Source: Pseudomonadota bacterium
Lineage (GTDB): Bacteria > Pseudomonadota > Alphaproteobacteria > SMXQ01
Assembly (NCBI GenBank): GCA_022545545.1
Contig: JACZQV010000001.1
Location: forward strand, 1-55,663
Length of the DNA: 55,663 nucleotides
Direction: 5' to 3'
Shown: positions 18,408 to 31,178 of the stretch, one piece after another
Position numbering within the stretch: the first letter of the stretch is position 1
Layout: every line of letters begins with the position of its first letter
Notes under the pieces: model-generated
What the model was told of the DNA's origin: nothing
What the model saw: the letters and a program-made list of their open reading frames with translations, nothing else
Databases searched by the model: none
Made by a program: the position numbers and the translations under genes

Positions 18408-20105
18408 TCAGACCCTGACCACATGCACCTCGGTCAAGGGCCTCTTGCCCCGGATCCGCTTCAATGTGCGCCTGACGGTAAGGCGCACCTTTTGCGCCAC
18501 CGCCTCGTCATCTAACCGCTTTGGCCCCGGCATACCGTCCACCGCGTCGGCGATGGCGCCGATGACATGATCGAGCGCCTCGGCGTCCTCTTCGTCGCCC
18601 GTGGCATCGAAGAGGCCGTGGACGGAAAGGCGCGGCGTCCCCATAAGCCGCCCTGCCCCGTCGAGGACGACGGTCGCGACCGCCGTGCCGTTCGACATCA
18701 TCCGCCGACGCGCGCGCAGAACATCGCCTTCCAACGGCACCAGCCTGTTGCCGTCGAGCGCCAGCCGGCCGCTCGGGACCTCGGCGATCACCTCGACGTT
18801 CCCGGGCGCCAATCTGAGGACATCGCCGTTGGTGGCGACGATGGCTTCCGGCACCTGGCAGGCGCGGGCGAAGGCGGCATGTTCTATCAGATGCCGCGTC
18901 TCGCCGTGCATGGGCACGACGACGGACGGGCGCACCCACTGATACATGCGCGCCAGATCGCCGCGCGCCGGGTGGCCGGAGACATGGATCGGCTGATCGA
19001 GGTTGGTGATGACCTCTACGCCGCGCCCGGCAAGCTGGTTTTGCAGTCCCAGCACCGGCTTTTCGTTGCCGGGAATGATCCGCGATGAAAACAGCACGAC
19101 ATCGCCGGCGGCGAGCACCACGTTGGGATGATCCCCGGCGGCGATCCGCGTTAACGCCGCTCCCGGCTCGCCCTGGCTGCCGGTGCAGATCAACAGGACC
19201 TCTTCCGGCGGTAGGTGGCCGACATCGTGCTCGGTCAGGAACGGCGGCACGTCCTTCAAATAGCCACATTCCCGGGCGACCTCGCTGACGCGCCACAAGG
19301 AACGGCCGACGAGCGCCGCGTGCCGCCCATTGGCCGCCGCCGCCGCGGCGATGGACTCGACGCGGGCGACGTTGGAGGCGAAGCAGGCAACGGCGACCCG
19401 GTTCTCGTATCCGCCGATGAGTTCGATCAGCTTGGCGCGGACATCCGATTCCGACCCCGCTTCGCCGTCGACGAAGACGTTGGTGGAATCGCAGATCATG
19501 GCGAGGGGACCTTCGGCGCCGAGATCCTTGAGCGCGTCCTCGTCCGTCACCTCGCCGATCAACGGTTCCGGGTCGATCTTCCAATCCCCGGTGTGGAGCA
19601 CGGTGCCGAACGGCGTCCTGATCGCCAGCGCGTTCGGTTCGGGAATGGAATGGGTGAGGGTAATCAACTCGACGGAAAAGGGCGCCAGCTCGATGCGCCC
19701 GCCGAGCGGGACCTCGTTGAGTGCGACCTCATCCTCGATACCGGCCTCGATCAGCTTGCTTCGAAGCATCCCGGCGGCGAACGGCGTCGCGTAGATCGGG
19801 CACCGGAGTTTCGGCCAAAGATAGGGCACGGCGCCCAAATGGTCCTCGTGGGCATGGGTCAGCACCAGTCCGACGAGGTCCTCTCGGCGTGAGACGATGA
19901 ACCCGGGGTCGGGCATATAGATATCGACGCCCGGTACCGTTTCGCCGGCGAAGGAAATGCCGAGATCGACCATCAGCCACTTGCCGGCGCAGCCATAGAG
20001 ATAGAGGTTCATGCCGATCTCGCCGGCGCCGCCGAGCGGCAGATAGACGAGCCCCTCGGCCGCCGCCGCCAAGGCCTCGGAGAAACTGTCGTCGGCGCCG
20101 CTCAT
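18408..20105 (-). CDS. rnj: Ribonuclease J (metallo-beta-lactamase/beta-CASP RNase)
   Basis: 565 aa. HAHEDHLGAVPYLW motif and beta-CASP region. The start overlaps the coaX stop (ATGA). Confidence 0.9.
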   Translation of the reverse strand: MSGADDSFSEALAAAAEGLVYLPLGGAGEIGMNLYLYGCAGKWLMVDLGISFAGETVPGVDIYMPDPGFIVSRREDLVGLVLTHAHEDHLGAVPYLWPKLRCPIYATPFAAGMLRSKLIEAGIEDEVALNEVPLGGRIELAPFSVELITLTHSIPEPNALAIRTPFGTVLHTGDWKIDPEPLIGEVTDEDALKDLGAEGPLAMICDSTNVFVDGEAGSESDVRAKLIELIGGYENRVAVACFASNVARVESIAAAAAANGRHAALVGRSLWRVSEVARECGYLKDVPPFLTEHDVGHLPPEEVLLICTGSQGEPGAALTRIAAGDHPNVVLAAGDVVLFSSRIIPGNEKPVLGLQNQLAGRGVEVITNLDQPIHVSGHPARGDLARMYQWVRPSVVVPMHGETRHLIEHAAFARACQVPEAIVATNGDVLRLAPGNVEVIAEVPSGRLALDGNRLVPLEGDVLRARRRMMSNGTAVATVVLDGAGRLMGTPRLSVHGLFDATGDEEDAEALDHVIGAIADAVDGMPGPKRLDDEAVAQKVRLTVRRTLKRIRGKRPLTEVHVVRV

Positions 20106-20875
20106 GCCTTGGCGTTGCGGCGATAGACCATGGCCAACCCGCGCAAGGTCAGGTCGGTATCGAGATGGTCGATGCTATCGGTCGCTTCGGCGAACAGCGG
20201 CGCCAGGCCGCCGGTGGCGACGACGGTGAGCTTGGCGCCGAATTCCCTGGCGATGCGTTCGACCAGACCCTCGATCAACGCCACATAGCCCCAGTAAACG
20301 CCCGATTCCATCGCCGGAACCGTCGCCTTGCCGATCACCATTGCCGGGCGCTTGATGCCGACCCTCGGCAGCTTGGCCGCCGCCTGATAGAGCGCCTCGA
20401 CCGAAAGGTTGACCCCCGGCGCGATCACACCGCCACGGTAACTGCCGTCGCCGTCGATGACGTCGAAGGTCGTGGCGGTGCCGAAATCGATCAGGATCAG
20501 CGGGCCGGGGTAGCGTTCGTGGGCCGCCAGCGCGCTGACCAGCCGGTCGGCGCCGACCTGCTCCGGCCGGTCGACCAGAACATCGAGGCCGATATCGACC
20601 CCTTCCTCGCCCACCACCAGGGGCTCGGAAGCGAAGTAGCGCCGGCACAGCTCGACCAGGGCGAACAGCGCCGCCGGGACGACGCTGGCGATGATGGCGC
20701 CGGAAACCTCCTGGCGCTCGACGTCCTCGATCGCCATCAGCTGGGTGAGCCACACGGCGTACTCATCGGCGGTCCGTTTGGCGTCGGCCGCCGCGCGCCA
20801 TTCGCCACGAAGGTCATCGCCTTCGAAAACGGCGAAGGCCGTATTGGTGTTACCACTGTCGATCGCCAGGAACAT
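20102..20875 (-). CDS. coaX: Type III pantothenate kinase
   Basis: 257 aa. MFLAIDSGNTNTAFAVF... and DFGTATTFD motifs are typical of CoaX. Confidence 0.9.
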   Translation of the reverse strand: MFLAIDSGNTNTAFAVFEGDDLRGEWRAAADAKRTADEYAVWLTQLMAIEDVERQEVSGAIIASVVPAALFALVELCRRYFASEPLVVGEEGVDIGLDVLVDRPEQVGADRLVSALAAHERYPGPLILIDFGTATTFDVIDGDGSYRGGVIAPGVNLSVEALYQAAAKLPRVGIKRPAMVIGKATVPAMESGVYWGYVALIEGLVERIAREFGAKLTVVATGGLAPLFAEATDSIDHLDTDLTLRGLAMVYRRNAKA

Positions 20876-20887
20876 GGACGCAATCTA

Positions 20888-21652
20888 TCATCGATCGGCG
20901 GCGGCCGGGAGAAACACCTCGCCGGCGCTGATGCGGCGGTCCTCTTCCCCGGCCCTTCGGAGGATCAGCGCGCCGGCCTCGTCAAGCCCGGCGAAGATGC
21001 CCGAAAGGGTTTCGCCATCGAGGCGCACCTCGATCGTCTCGCCGATACCGGCGGCGCGCCCGAGCCATCGGCGCCGCACCCCGGCGAAGCCTTCGTCCCG
21101 CCAGCGTTCGTACCCCGAGAGGAAGGCCTGGCAAAAACCTTCCAGCACGCACGCGGCGTCGAGGCCTTCGGCCCCCTCGGCCACAAGCGACGTCGCCGGA
21201 TAGCCGGTACGCTTGGGAAAGCCGAGGACGTTGACGCCGACCCCGATCACCAGCCAATCGAGCCCGCCCTTGGGCCCAAGCGAGGATTCAAGGAGGACGC
21301 CCGCGACCTTGCGCCCGTTCAACAACACATCGTTGGGCCACTTGTAACGGACGGCGACGGACGCCGGTATCAGTGGCGCGATGCCCTCGCCGATGGCGAT
21401 GGCGGCGAGGAAGGCGAGCTCCGCCGCCCCCGTCGCATCTCGGCCGGGACGGAGGATGAGGGAGAGGTAAAGGTTGCCTTCCGGCGAGGACCAGCTTCGC
21501 CCCCGCCTGCCCCGCCCCTTGGTCTGGGTCCGGGCCCAGACGAGGGTGCCCGCCGCCGCTCCCTCGGCCGCCAGGACCATGGCTTCATCGTTGGTGCTGG
21601 TTACGGTATCGAGGGCGATCGGGTCGAAGAATGGCGCCAGGCGGAGAGTCAT
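20888..21652 (-). CDS. birA: Biotin--[acetyl-CoA-carboxylase] ligase (group I, no HTH)
   Basis: The real gene is the C-terminal 254 codons of track ORF 20888-22975. It starts at ATG 21652 ([24 protein letters not shown]...[22 protein letters not shown]...KWPNDVL). The ATG overlaps the nuoN stop (ATGA). Confidence 0.9.
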   Translation of the reverse strand: MTLRLAPFFDPIALDTVTSTNDEAMVLAAEGAAAGTLVWARTQTKGRGRRGRSWSSPEGNLYLSLILRPGRDATGAAELAFLAAIAIGEGIAPLIPASVAVRYKWPNDVLLNGRKVAGVLLESSLGPKGGLDWLVIGVGVNVLGFPKRTGYPATSLVAEGAEGLDAACVLEGFCQAFLSGYERWRDEGFAGVRRRWLGRAAGIGETIEVRLDGETLSGIFAGLDEAGALILRRAGEEDRRISAGEVFLPAAADR

Positions 21653-23097
21653 CCCACGAACAGGGACCTCGCGGCCACCCCGGCGCCCGTCAGCAATGGC
21701 GAGATGAAGGGGAAGAAGAAGACGATGAACAAGCCCGTTCCCACCAGGATCAGGGACATCTCCCGCCCGATCGGGCGGTCGAAGCGTTCGGCGGGCTCGT
21801 CGAAATACATGACCTTGACGATACGCAGGTAATAGAAGGCGGCGACGACGCTCGACAGCACGCCGATCACCGCGAGGGTATACATTTCCGCGTTGATCGC
21901 CGCCCGGAAGATGAAGAACTTGCCGAAAAAGCCGGCCACCGGCGGAATCCCGGTCATGGAGAACATGAACGCCGTCAACACCGCCGCCATCGGGGCGTTG
22001 GTCCTGCCGAGCCCGGCGAGATCGTCGATCCCTTCCACCATACGGCCGTGGCTGCGCATGCAAAGGATGCAGGCGAAGGTGCCGACATTCATGAACACAT
22101 AGATGGTGAGATAGATGATGAGGCCGCTGATGCCCTCCTCGGTGCCAACCGCGAGGCCGATCAGCATATAGCCGACATGGCCGATGGAACTGTAGGCCAT
22201 GAGCCGCTTGATGTTTCTCTGATCGATGGCGGCGAAGGCGGCCAGCACCATCGAGGCGATGGAGATGAACACGATGATCTGTTGCCACTGGGTGATGAGG
22301 GCGCCGAAAGGATCGATCATGACGCGCACGAAAAGCGCCATGGCGGCGACCTTGGGCGCCACGGCGAAGAAGGCGGTGACCGGCGTCGGCGCGCCCTCGT
22401 AAACGTCCGGCGTCCACATGTGGAACGGCACCGCCGCCACCTTGAACGCCAAGCCGGAGACGACGAACACCAGGCCGACGATCAGCCCGACGGGTGCGGC
22501 GCCGGCGTCGAGAACGGCCGCCAGGCGATCGAAGCCGGTGGTGCCGGCGAAGCCATAGACCATGGAGGCGCCGTAAAGCAGCATGCCCGAAGACAGCGCC
22601 CCGAGGACGAAATATTTGAGCCCGGCCTCGGTCGAGCGGGTGGAATCGCGCCTGAAGGCGGCGATCACGTAGAGCGACAGGCTTTGCAACTCGAGGCCGA
22701 GATAGAGCGCGATCAGATCGTTCGCCGAGATCATCATCATCATGCCGAGCGTGGCGAACAGGAACAGTATCGGGTACTCGAAGCGCGCGATCTTCTCGCG
22801 CTCGATGTAACCAAGCGACATCACCACCGCGAAGCTCGAGCCGATGAGGGCGAGCACCTTCATGTACTGGGCGAAGGCGTCGACGATGAAGATGCCGCCG
22901 AAGGCGCGCTGTGTCCCCCCTATGCCGTCGAGCACCAGGAGCAGCGTGAGGCCGAGCACCAGCACCGCGAACCAACTGAGAATTCGGGTGTGGCCGTCAC
23001 CCCTGAAGACGCCGAGCATGAGGAGGGCCATGGTCGAAAGGGCCAGGAAAACCTCCGGCAGGGCCGGCTGGAGCGCGAGAAAATCCCAACTCAGCAT
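21649..23097 (-). CDS. nuoN: NADH-quinone oxidoreductase subunit N
   Basis: 482 aa polytopic antiporter-like subunit, last gene of the nuo operon. Confidence 0.93.
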   Translation of the reverse strand: MLSWDFLALQPALPEVFLALSTMALLMLGVFRGDGHTRILSWFAVLVLGLTLLLVLDGIGGTQRAFGGIFIVDAFAQYMKVLALIGSSFAVVMSLGYIEREKIARFEYPILFLFATLGMMMMISANDLIALYLGLELQSLSLYVIAAFRRDSTRSTEAGLKYFVLGALSSGMLLYGASMVYGFAGTTGFDRLAAVLDAGAAPVGLIVGLVFVVSGLAFKVAAVPFHMWTPDVYEGAPTPVTAFFAVAPKVAAMALFVRVMIDPFGALITQWQQIIVFISIASMVLAAFAAIDQRNIKRLMAYSSIGHVGYMLIGLAVGTEEGISGLIIYLTIYVFMNVGTFACILCMRSHGRMVEGIDDLAGLGRTNAPMAAVLTAFMFSMTGIPPVAGFFGKFFIFRAAINAEMYTLAVIGVLSSVVAAFYYLRIVKVMYFDEPAERFDRPIGREMSLILVGTGLFIVFFFPFISPLLTGAGVAARSLFVG

Positions 23098-23113
23098 GCG
23101 TCCTTCCCCCGGT

Positions 23114-24628
23114 TCAAGGCCGTGCCGGCCCGGTGGCGGCCTTGATGGCGTTGGCCGCCTCGTATTGGTCGATCAGGCCGACCACCGAGGCATGGATGGC
23201 GTCGAGGAACGGCGCCGGATAGATGCCGATCCACAGCACCAAGGCAACCAGGGGCGCGAACACGGCGATCTCACGTTTGTCGAGATCGACGATCTCCTTC
23301 AAGTGATCGCGGATACGCCTGCCGTAGAACACGCGGCGGTAAAGCCACAGCATATAGGCCGCACCCAGGACAACGCCGGTGGTGGCGAGAAGCGCCACCA
23401 AGGTATTGGCCTGATAGGCGCCGACGAGCGCCAGGAATTCACCGACGAAGCCCGACGTGCCGGGAAGCCCAACGGCGGCGAGCATGAATACCGCGAACAC
23501 CACGGCATATTTGGGCATGCGGTGGACGAGCCCGCCATAGTGCGAGATATCGCGGCTGTGCTCGCGGTCATAGAGGACGCCGACGCACAGGAACAACGCC
23601 GCGGACACCACCCCGTGGCTCAACATCAGGATGATCGCGCCCTCGATCCCCTGGACGTTGAAGGTGAAGATGCCGATGGTCACGAACCCCATATGGGCGA
23701 CGGACGAATAGGCGATCAGCTTCTTCATGTCGTCCTGGGCAAGCGCCACCAGGGAGGTATAGATGATGGCGATGACGCTCAAGGAGAAGATCAGCGGCGT
23801 GAAGTAGGCCGAGGCCTGCGGCAGCATCGGGATCGAGAACCTGAGATAGCCGTAGGCACCCATCTTCAGCAAAACCGCGGCGAGGATGACCGAGCCCGCG
23901 GTCGGCGCCTCGGTGTGGGCGTCCGGCAACCAGGTGTGAAACGGCCACATCGGCACCTTGACCGCGAAGGAGGCGAAGAAGGCAAGCCACAGCCAAAGCT
24001 GCATCGTCCTCGGGAACACGGTCTTCATCAGGGTCGGTACGTCGGTGGTGCCGGCCTCGAAATAAATCGCCAGCAGCGCCAGCAGCAACAGCACCGAACC
24101 GGTCAGCGTAAAGAGGAAGAACTTGAAGGCCGAATAGACGCGCCGGGACCCGCCCCAGATGCCGATGATCAGGAACATCGGGATCAGCACGCCCTCGAAG
24201 AAGACATAGAACAGCAGGAAATCGAGGGCGCAGAACATGCCGACCATCAAGGTCTCGAGCACCAGGAACGCGATCATGTATTCCTTGACCCGGTCCTGGA
24301 TCGCCTGCCAGCTCGAAATGATGCAAAGCGGCGTCAGGAAGGTGGACAGCAGCACGAAGAACACCGAGATGCCGTCGACGCCGAGGTGATAGGAGATGTT
24401 GTAGGCGGGAATCCAGTTGGCCTTCTCGACGAACTGGAAGCCCGCCGTCGAGGTGTCGAAGTTGGCCCAGATGGCGAGCGAAAGCACGAAGGTGATCAAC
24501 GACGTCCACAACGCCGCGTAGCGGGCGTTGCGGGCGACGATTTCGGCATCGCCGCGGATCGTCAGGATGAAGCCGGCGCCCACCAGGGGCAGGAAGATGG
24601 TGAGGCTGAGAAGGGGCCAGTCGCTCAT
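23114..24628 (-). CDS. nuoM: NADH-quinone oxidoreductase subunit M
   Basis: 504 aa antiporter-like subunit; position in operon. Confidence 0.93.
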   Translation of the reverse strand: MSDWPLLSLTIFLPLVGAGFILTIRGDAEIVARNARYAALWTSLITFVLSLAIWANFDTSTAGFQFVEKANWIPAYNISYHLGVDGISVFFVLLSTFLTPLCIISSWQAIQDRVKEYMIAFLVLETLMVGMFCALDFLLFYVFFEGVLIPMFLIIGIWGGSRRVYSAFKFFLFTLTGSVLLLLALLAIYFEAGTTDVPTLMKTVFPRTMQLWLWLAFFASFAVKVPMWPFHTWLPDAHTEAPTAGSVILAAVLLKMGAYGYLRFSIPMLPQASAYFTPLIFSLSVIAIIYTSLVALAQDDMKKLIAYSSVAHMGFVTIGIFTFNVQGIEGAIILMLSHGVVSAALFLCVGVLYDREHSRDISHYGGLVHRMPKYAVVFAVFMLAAVGLPGTSGFVGEFLALVGAYQANTLVALLATTGVVLGAAYMLWLYRRVFYGRRIRDHLKEIVDLDKREIAVFAPLVALVLWIGIYPAPFLDAIHASVVGLIDQYEAANAIKAATGPARP

Positions 24629-24635
24629 CTCGCTC

Positions 24636-26567
24636 TCACCCGGCCTGCTGGAACAGATACCAGCTGACCAGCCCGGCGACGCCGATCAGCATGGCGAAGG
24701 CGTAGTGGTAGACGTAACCCGATTGCAGCCGGCCGGCGAGCCGCGCCAACTCCCGGGTCGCCGCCGCCAGACCGTCGGGGCCGATGCCGTCGATCACCGC
24801 CCCGTCCCCCGATTTCCAGAAACCGAGCCCGATGGCGTTCGCCGGCGACACGAAAACCCGGTCGTAGATGGCGTCGAAATACCACTTGTTGACGAGGAAG
24901 GTGTGAACGGCGCGGAAGCGTCCGGCGACCAATCCCGGCAGCGCCGGGCGGAACATGTAGAAAATATAGGCGAGGATGATGCCGCCTAAGGCCACCACCA
25001 GGGGCAGGAGCTTGACCCAGAGCGGCACGTCATGGGCGTCCTCGAGCGCGGTGTGGGCCGGCAGGACCACGATGGAGTCGCGCCAGAACGCCCGCGCGCC
25101 CTCGCCGACGAAGACATCGAAACCGAGCTTGCCCATGACGATGGCGCCGACGGCCAGCACCACCATCGGGATCCACATGGTTTTCGGCGCTTCGTGGACA
25201 TGGGCCATGACCTTCTCGTCGGCCCTCGGCGCCCCGTGGAAGGTCATCAGGATGAGCCGCCAGGAATAGAACGCCGTCAGCGCGGCGACGATCACACCGA
25301 GCCAGAAGGCGTACTGGCCGACCCCCGTTGCCGCCGCGAAGGCGGATTCGATGATGATGTCCTTGGAGTAGAACCCGGCGAGGAACGGCATGCCGGCGAG
25401 CGCCAGCGAGCCTGTCCACATCAGCCCATAGGTGATGGGAATGGCCCGCCAGATACCGCCCATCTTGCGCATGTCCTGCTCATCCGACATGGCGTGGATG
25501 ACCGCGCCCGAGGCCAGGAACAGGAGCGCCTTGAAGAAGGCATGGGTGACGAGATGGAAGATGGCGGCCGAGTAGGCCGAGACGCCGATGGCGAAGAACA
25601 TGTAGCCGAGCTGGCTGCAGGTCGAATAGGCGATCACCCGCTTGATGTCGTTCTGGACCATGGCGACGGTGGCGGCGAAGAACGCCGTCGAGGCGCCGAC
25701 GATGGCGACCACGGCAAGGGCGATGGGGGCGTATTCGAACATCGGCGAGAGGCGCACCACCATGAACACGCCGGCGGTGACCATGGTGGCGGCGTGGATC
25801 AGGGCCGAGACCGGCGTCGGCCCCTCCATGGCGTCGGGCAGCCAGGTGTGCAGACCAAGCTGGGCCGACTTGCCCATGGCGCCGAGGAACAGCAGCAGGC
25901 AGATGGTGGTCAGCGCGTCGACCTCCCAGCCGAGGAAGTTGAAGGTCTCGTCCGCCAACCCCGGGGTGGCGGCGAAGACGGTGTCGAAGCCGACCGAGTT
26001 GAACAGGAAGAACACCGCCATGATGCCGAGCGCGAAGCCGAAATCGCCCACCCGGTTGACGATGAAGGCCTTGATCGCCGCGGCGTTGGCCGCGGGGCGT
26101 TCGTACCAGAAGCCGATCAGCAAGTATGACGCCAGGCCGACACCCTCCCAGCCGAAATAAAGCTGGAGGAAATTGTTGGCCGTCACCAGGGCGAGCATGA
26201 AGAAGGTGAAGAGCGAGAGATAGGAGAAGAAGCGCGGCACCGACTTGTCGGCGGCCATATAACCGATGGAATAGACGTGGATCATGGCGGATACGAAGCT
26301 CACCACCAGGACCATCACCGCGCTCAAGGCGTCGAACCGGAGCGCCCAGGAAACCTCGAAGGTGCCTGAATCGATCCAGGTCAGCAACTCGACGTCGCGC
26401 GGATTGTCGAGGACCGCCACTTCAATGAACATCGGAACGGCGAGCAGCGCCGACAGCAATAGCGCGCCCGAGCACACCCAGCCCGCGGCCTTATCGCCGA
26501 TCAGGCGGCCGAACAGCCCGGCGATGATGGCGCCGATCAGGGGCAGGAACACCGTGGCGGCGTACAA
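24636..26567 (-). CDS. nuoL: NADH-quinone oxidoreductase subunit L
   Basis: 643 aa antiporter-like subunit with the long C-terminal helix region; position in operon. Confidence 0.93.
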   Translation of the reverse strand: MYAATVFLPLIGAIIAGLFGRLIGDKAAGWVCSGALLLSALLAVPMFIEVAVLDNPRDVELLTWIDSGTFEVSWALRFDALSAVMVLVVSFVSAMIHVYSIGYMAADKSVPRFFSYLSLFTFFMLALVTANNFLQLYFGWEGVGLASYLLIGFWYERPAANAAAIKAFIVNRVGDFGFALGIMAVFFLFNSVGFDTVFAATPGLADETFNFLGWEVDALTTICLLLFLGAMGKSAQLGLHTWLPDAMEGPTPVSALIHAATMVTAGVFMVVRLSPMFEYAPIALAVVAIVGASTAFFAATVAMVQNDIKRVIAYSTCSQLGYMFFAIGVSAYSAAIFHLVTHAFFKALLFLASGAVIHAMSDEQDMRKMGGIWRAIPITYGLMWTGSLALAGMPFLAGFYSKDIIIESAFAAATGVGQYAFWLGVIVAALTAFYSWRLILMTFHGAPRADEKVMAHVHEAPKTMWIPMVVLAVGAIVMGKLGFDVFVGEGARAFWRDSIVVLPAHTALEDAHDVPLWVKLLPLVVALGGIILAYIFYMFRPALPGLVAGRFRAVHTFLVNKWYFDAIYDRVFVSPANAIGLGFWKSGDGAVIDGIGPDGLAAATRELARLAGRLQSGYVYHYAFAMLIGVAGLVSWYLFQQAG

Positions 26568-26574
26568 TGCGGGC

Positions 26575-26886
26575 TTATCCCTTCATCACGTTGATGTCCT
26601 CGACCGCGATCGAACCGCGGTTGCGGAAATAGACGACGATGATGGCCAAGCCGATGGCGGCCTCCGCCGCCGCCACGGTGAGGACGAACATGGCGAACAC
26701 CTGGCCGACGAGATCGCCGAGATGGACCGAGAACGCCACCAGATTGATGTTCACCGCGAGCAGCATCAACTCGATCGACATCAGGATGATGATGACGTTC
26801 TTGCGGTTGAGGAAGATGCCGAAGACGCCGAGGGTGAACAGGATCGCGGCGACGGTCAGGTAGTGGGATAGGGTGATTTCGAACAT
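26575..26886 (-). CDS. nuoK: NADH-quinone oxidoreductase subunit K
   Basis: 103 aa, 3 TM; position in operon. Confidence 0.92.
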   Translation of the reverse strand: MFEITLSHYLTVAAILFTLGVFGIFLNRKNVIIILMSIELMLLAVNINLVAFSVHLGDLVGQVFAMFVLTVAAAEAAIGLAIIVVYFRNRGSIAVEDINVMKG

Positions 26887-27500
26887 CAGATCCCCTTGCC
26901 CGTCTCGACCTTCTTGATCTCCACCGATTCGGCGCGGGTGCGGCGCACCTGGTCAGGCACCTTCTGGCGGCGCACGCCCTTGCGCGGGCGCAACGTCAGC
27001 ACGATGGCCCCGATCATGGCCACCAGCAGCACGAGCCCCGCCGCCTGGAAGAGATAGATGTATTTGGTGTAAAGCAGCCGGCCGAGCGCGCGGGTGTTGG
27101 AGACCTCGGACAAGTCGAACATCGGCAGGGCAGCGACGTTGCCCGCGTCGGGCGTCACCGTCCAACCCGCGAAGACGAACAGAAGCTCGATCAGCAGAAT
27201 GACACCGATCAGCCCGCCGATCGGCAGATATTGCAGGAAGCCCTGGCGCATCTCGACGAAATTGATGTCGAGCATCATGACCACGAACAGGAACAGCACC
27301 GCCACCGCGCCGACATAGACGATCACCAGGATCATGGCGAGGAACTCCGCCCCCATGAGGACGAAAAGCCCGGCGGCGTTGAAGAAGGCGGCGATCAGGA
27401 ACAACACCGAATGCACGGGATTGCGGGCCGAGATCACCATCACGCCGGCGGCGATGGCGACGGTGGCGAACATATAGAAGGCAAGGGCCTGGACGATCAT
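26886..27500 (-). CDS. nuoJ: NADH-quinone oxidoreductase subunit J
   Basis: 204 aa membrane subunit; position in operon. Confidence 0.92.
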   Translation of the reverse strand: MIVQALAFYMFATVAIAAGVMVISARNPVHSVLFLIAAFFNAAGLFVLMGAEFLAMILVIVYVGAVAVLFLFVVMMLDINFVEMRQGFLQYLPIGGLIGVILLIELLFVFAGWTVTPDAGNVAALPMFDLSEVSNTRALGRLLYTKYIYLFQAAGLVLLVAMIGAIVLTLRPRKGVRRQKVPDQVRRTRAESVEIKKVETGKGI

Positions 27501-27598
27501 CGACCCTCCCTCACCGCTTCACGGCCCCGGCAAGGGAACCAAGGCGCAAGCCCGCCCGACACGACCACCGATCCTTCATCGCCCTTCAAATCCATGCT

Positions 27599-28090
27599 CT
27601 ACCGGTAAGGGGCGTCGGCGGCGAGGTCCGCCGCGATCGCCGATTCCCACCTGTCGCCGTTGGCAAGCAGTTTCTCCTTGTTGTACAGGAGCTCCTCCCG
27701 GGTCTCGGTGGCGAACTCGTAATTCGGCCCCTCGACGATGGCGTCCACGGGACAGGATTCCTCGCACAGCCCGCAATAGATGCACTTGGTCATGTCGATG
27801 TCGTAGCGGGTGGTGCGGCGCGACCCGTCGGCGCGCGGCTCGGCCTCGATGGTTATCGCCTGGGCGGGACAGATCGCCTCGCAAAGCTTGCAGGCGATGC
27901 ATCTTTCCTCGCCGTTGGGATAGCGGCGCAACACATGCTCGCCCCTGAACCGGGGGCTCAGCGGGCCCTTCTCGTGGGGGTAGTTCAGCGTCACCTTGCG
28001 CCGGAACATGTAGCTAAACGTCAGCGCCATCCCCTTCAGCAGTTCGACGAGGAATATGGTGCGCACACCGTGGTTGAGAAACGCCATCAT
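27599..28090 (-). CDS. nuoI: NADH-quinone oxidoreductase subunit I (2x[4Fe-4S] ferredoxin-type)
   Basis: Start set at ATG 28090 ([13 protein letters not shown]...), with a GGGAGG RBS after the nuoH stop. Two CxxCxxCxxxCP motifs ([24 protein letters not shown]). Confidence 0.93.
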   Translation of the reverse strand: MMAFLNHGVRTIFLVELLKGMALTFSYMFRRKVTLNYPHEKGPLSPRFRGEHVLRRYPNGEERCIACKLCEAICPAQAITIEAEPRADGSRRTTRYDIDMTKCIYCGLCEESCPVDAIVEGPNYEFATETREELLYNKEKLLANGDRWESAIAADLAADAPYR

Positions 28091-28100
28091 ACGCCTCCCT

Positions 28101-29111
28101 TCACTTCGGCACCCAGCCGGTGGCCACCAGCACACCGGCGGTAAGGAAAACCCAGAACAGCGACAACGGCAGGAACACCTTCCAGCCCAGGCGCATCAAC
28201 TGATCGTAGCGGTAGCGCGGGAAAGTGGCGCGCACCCACAGGAAGACGAACAGCACCATGGCGATCTTGGCGCCGAACCAGATCGGGCCGGGGATCCAGT
28301 TGAAGGGCGCGACGTCGATGGGCGGCAGCCAGCCGCCGAGGAAAAGGATCGTGGTCATGGCGCTCATCAGGATCATGTTGGCGTATTCGCCGAGGAAGAA
28401 GAGCGCGAACGGCATCGAGGAATATTCGACGTTGAAACCCGCCACCAACTCGGCCTCGGCTTCCGGCAGGTCGAAGGGCGCGCGGTTGGTCTCGGCCAGG
28501 CCCGAGACGAAGAAGACGACGAACATCGGCAGCAACGGCACGGCGAACCACAAATCCTCCTGCGCGCGCACTATTTCGGTCAGGTTGAGCGAGCCGACGC
28601 ACAACAGAACGGTGACGATCACGAAACCGATGGAAATCTCGTAGGACACCATCTGGGCGGCGGAACGAAGCGCGCCCAGGAAGGCGTATTTCGAATTGCT
28701 GGCCCAGCCGGCCATGATGACGCCGTAGACGCCGAGCGAGGAAACCGCGAACAGGTAAAGGATGCCGACATTGATGTCGGCCAGCACCATGCCGTCGTCG
28801 AAAGGAATCACCGCCCAGCCGATCAGACCCAGGAGGAAGGTCACCACCGGGGCGGCGATGAACACGACCTTGTTGGCGCCGCTCGGGATCACGGTCTCCT
28901 TGAACAGAAGCTTGAGACCGTCGGCGATCGGCTGCCCCAGCCCGAAGGGACCGACGACGTTCGGCCCCTTCCTCAACTGCATGCCGGCGAGCACCTTGCG
29001 CTCGGCGTAGGTGAGGTACGCCACCGCCAACAGCAGCGGCGCCACGATGGCGATGATCTGGGCGACGATGATGACCGTCGGCAACAGATATCCGGTCCAC
29101 AGCTCAGCCAT
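28101..29111 (-). CDS. nuoH: NADH-quinone oxidoreductase subunit H
   Basis: 336 aa ND1-like membrane subunit. Confidence 0.93.
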   Translation of the reverse strand: MAELWTGYLLPTVIIVAQIIAIVAPLLLAVAYLTYAERKVLAGMQLRKGPNVVGPFGLGQPIADGLKLLFKETVIPSGANKVVFIAAPVVTFLLGLIGWAVIPFDDGMVLADINVGILYLFAVSSLGVYGVIMAGWASNSKYAFLGALRSAAQMVSYEISIGFVIVTVLLCVGSLNLTEIVRAQEDLWFAVPLLPMFVVFFVSGLAETNRAPFDLPEAEAELVAGFNVEYSSMPFALFFLGEYANMILMSAMTTILFLGGWLPPIDVAPFNWIPGPIWFGAKIAMVLFVFLWVRATFPRYRYDQLMRLGWKVFLPLSLFWVFLTAGVLVATGWVPK

Positions 29112-31167
29112 CGGTTCCGGTCTTGTCCTTGTTCACCGAGCGGGCAAGCTCGGTGCATTTGGCCATGGTCACGGACGCCCGGGTGATCGGATCGGTCATG
29201 TAGAAGTTTTCGACCGGATAGGCGAAGGGCGCCGGGTCCATCTCGCCGGGCGTACCGAAGGCGCCCCACTCGGCGGGCTGGGCCTCATCGGGCGCGGCGA
29301 AAATCCGATTGACCTCGGCCATGCGGGCACGCAATGCGCCTATGTCGTCGTAGGCCAGCGTCTGGCCCAATACCCCCGACAGCGCCCGGACGATCTTCCA
29401 GTCCTCGCGCGCCTCGCCCGGCGGGAATACCGCCAGGCGGGTGTACTGCACCCGCCCCTCGGTGTTGACGTAAGTCGCGTCCTTTTCGGTGTAGGCCGCG
29501 CCCGGCAGGATCACGTCGGCGGCCTCGGCGCCGGCGTCGCCATTATGGCCCTGGTAGATGACGAAGGTATCGGCAAGCCCGGCCATGTCGATCTCATCGG
29601 CGCCGAGCAGATAAACCGCGTCGAGCCCGCCACTGGACGCGGCCTCGAGGATGGCGGCGACATCAAGCCCGCCTTCGCCCGGTACGAAGCCGATGTCGAG
29701 GCCGCCGACCCTGGCGGCGGCAAGGTGGAGCACGTTGAAGCCGTTCCAGCCGTCGGCGATCATGCCGGTCTCCTCGGCGATCGCGCGCGCCGTCGCCAGG
29801 ACCTGGGCGCCGTCGGGCCGGGCCAAGGCGCCCTGACCTATGATCAACATCGGATGCGAGGCGTGGTCTAGAACCCGCGCGAAGGGATGCTCACCCTCGG
29901 CGATCTCGCCGAGGGTCTTGGGGCCGGCGCCGAGCCGTTCGGCCCGGTAGGTCAGGTCCACCTCCGGCCCGACGAACCCGACGCTAAAGCCGCCCGCGAG
30001 ATAGCGTTTGCGAAGGCGGGCGTTGATCAGCGGTGCCTCGAAGCGCGCATTCGTGCCGATCAACAGGCAGGCGTCCGCCTGCTCGATGCCGGCGATGGTG
30101 GTGTTGAAGATGTATCCGGCCCGCCTGCCGGCCTCGATCCTGGCGCCGTCCTGGCGGCAGTCGGTATTGGCCGAGCCGAGCGCCGCCATCAGGTCCTTTA
30201 GCGCCAGCATGGATTCGCAATCGGCGAGATCGCCGGCGATGGCCGCGATCCTTTGCCCCGGCGCGTCCTCGAGCTGTCCGGCGATGGCGGCGAAGGCCTC
30301 GTCCCAACTTGCCTCCTCGAGCTTGCCGTCACGGCGCACATAGGGGCGGTCGAGGCGTTGGCGCCTGAGTCCGTCATAAGCGAAGCGGGTCTTGTCGGAA
30401 ATCCATTCCTCGTTCACCGCCTCGTTCAGGCGGGGCAGGATGCGCATGACCTCGCCGTCCCGCGAATCGACACGGATGGCGGAACCGACGGCGTCGAGGG
30501 CGTCGACCGACTCGGTCTTGCCGAGCTCCCACGACCGGGCAGTGAACGCATAAGGCTTCGACGTCAGCGCGCCGACCGGGCAGAGATCGATCATGTTGCC
30601 GGAAAGCTCGGAGCCAAGCGCCTTCTCGACATAGGTATCGATCTCGACGTCCTCGCCGCGCCCGGTGAGCCCCAACTCCTCGACGCCGGCGATCTCGGTG
30701 GCGAAGCGCACGCAGCGGGTGCAGTGGATACATCGGGTCATGAAGGTCTGGATCAGGGGCCCGAAGTCCTTTTCCTCGACCGAACGCTTGGGCTCCTCGA
30801 AGCGGGTGCGGTCGAAGCCGTAGAACAGGGCCTGATCCTGCAGATCGCACTCGCCGCCCTGGTCGCAGATGGGACAATCGAGGGGATGGTTGATGAGCAG
30901 GAACTCCATCACCCCGCGGCGCGCCTTTACCGCCATTTCCGAATGGGTGAGAATGACCATGCCGTCCGCTACCGGCATGGCGCAGGAAGCGACGGGCTTC
31001 GGCGATTTTTCCATCTCGACCAGGCACATGCGGCAGTTACCGGCGATGGACAGGCGTTCGTGATAGCAAAAGCGGGGAATCTCGACGCCGGCGGTTTCGC
31101 AGGCCTGCAGGACCGTGATCCCGGGTTCCACCTCGACCTCGACGCCATCTATCGTCAGCTTCGGCAC
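29104..31167 (-). CDS. nuoG: NADH-quinone oxidoreductase subunit G (687 aa)
   Basis: Start set at GTG 31167 ([24 protein letters not shown]...), with an AGGGGAGGGG RBS just after the nuoF stop. 2Fe-2S and 4Fe-4S Cys clusters are present. The longer track ORF overlaps nuoF. Confidence 0.92.
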   Translation of the reverse strand: MPKLTIDGVEVEVEPGITVLQACETAGVEIPRFCYHERLSIAGNCRMCLVEMEKSPKPVASCAMPVADGMVILTHSEMAVKARRGVMEFLLINHPLDCPICDQGGECDLQDQALFYGFDRTRFEEPKRSVEEKDFGPLIQTFMTRCIHCTRCVRFATEIAGVEELGLTGRGEDVEIDTYVEKALGSELSGNMIDLCPVGALTSKPYAFTARSWELGKTESVDALDAVGSAIRVDSRDGEVMRILPRLNEAVNEEWISDKTRFAYDGLRRQRLDRPYVRRDGKLEEASWDEAFAAIAGQLEDAPGQRIAAIAGDLADCESMLALKDLMAALGSANTDCRQDGARIEAGRRAGYIFNTTIAGIEQADACLLIGTNARFEAPLINARLRKRYLAGGFSVGFVGPEVDLTYRAERLGAGPKTLGEIAEGEHPFARVLDHASHPMLIIGQGALARPDGAQVLATARAIAEETGMIADGWNGFNVLHLAAARVGGLDIGFVPGEGGLDVAAILEAASSGGLDAVYLLGADEIDMAGLADTFVIYQGHNGDAGAEAADVILPGAAYTEKDATYVNTEGRVQYTRLAVFPPGEAREDWKIVRALSGVLGQTLAYDDIGALRARMAEVNRIFAAPDEAQPAEWGAFGTPGEMDPAPFAYPVENFYMTDPITRASVTMAKCTELARSVNKDKTGTDG

Positions 31168-31178
31168 CGGCCCCTCCC

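Noticed and set aside
20888-22975. 695-aa ORF suggesting a giant fusion protein upstream of birA
   Set aside because: Only the last 254 codons are BirA, with an ATG at 21652 overlapping the nuoN stop. The upstream 440 codons are an out-of-frame read-through of nuoN with Arg-rich nonsense composition.
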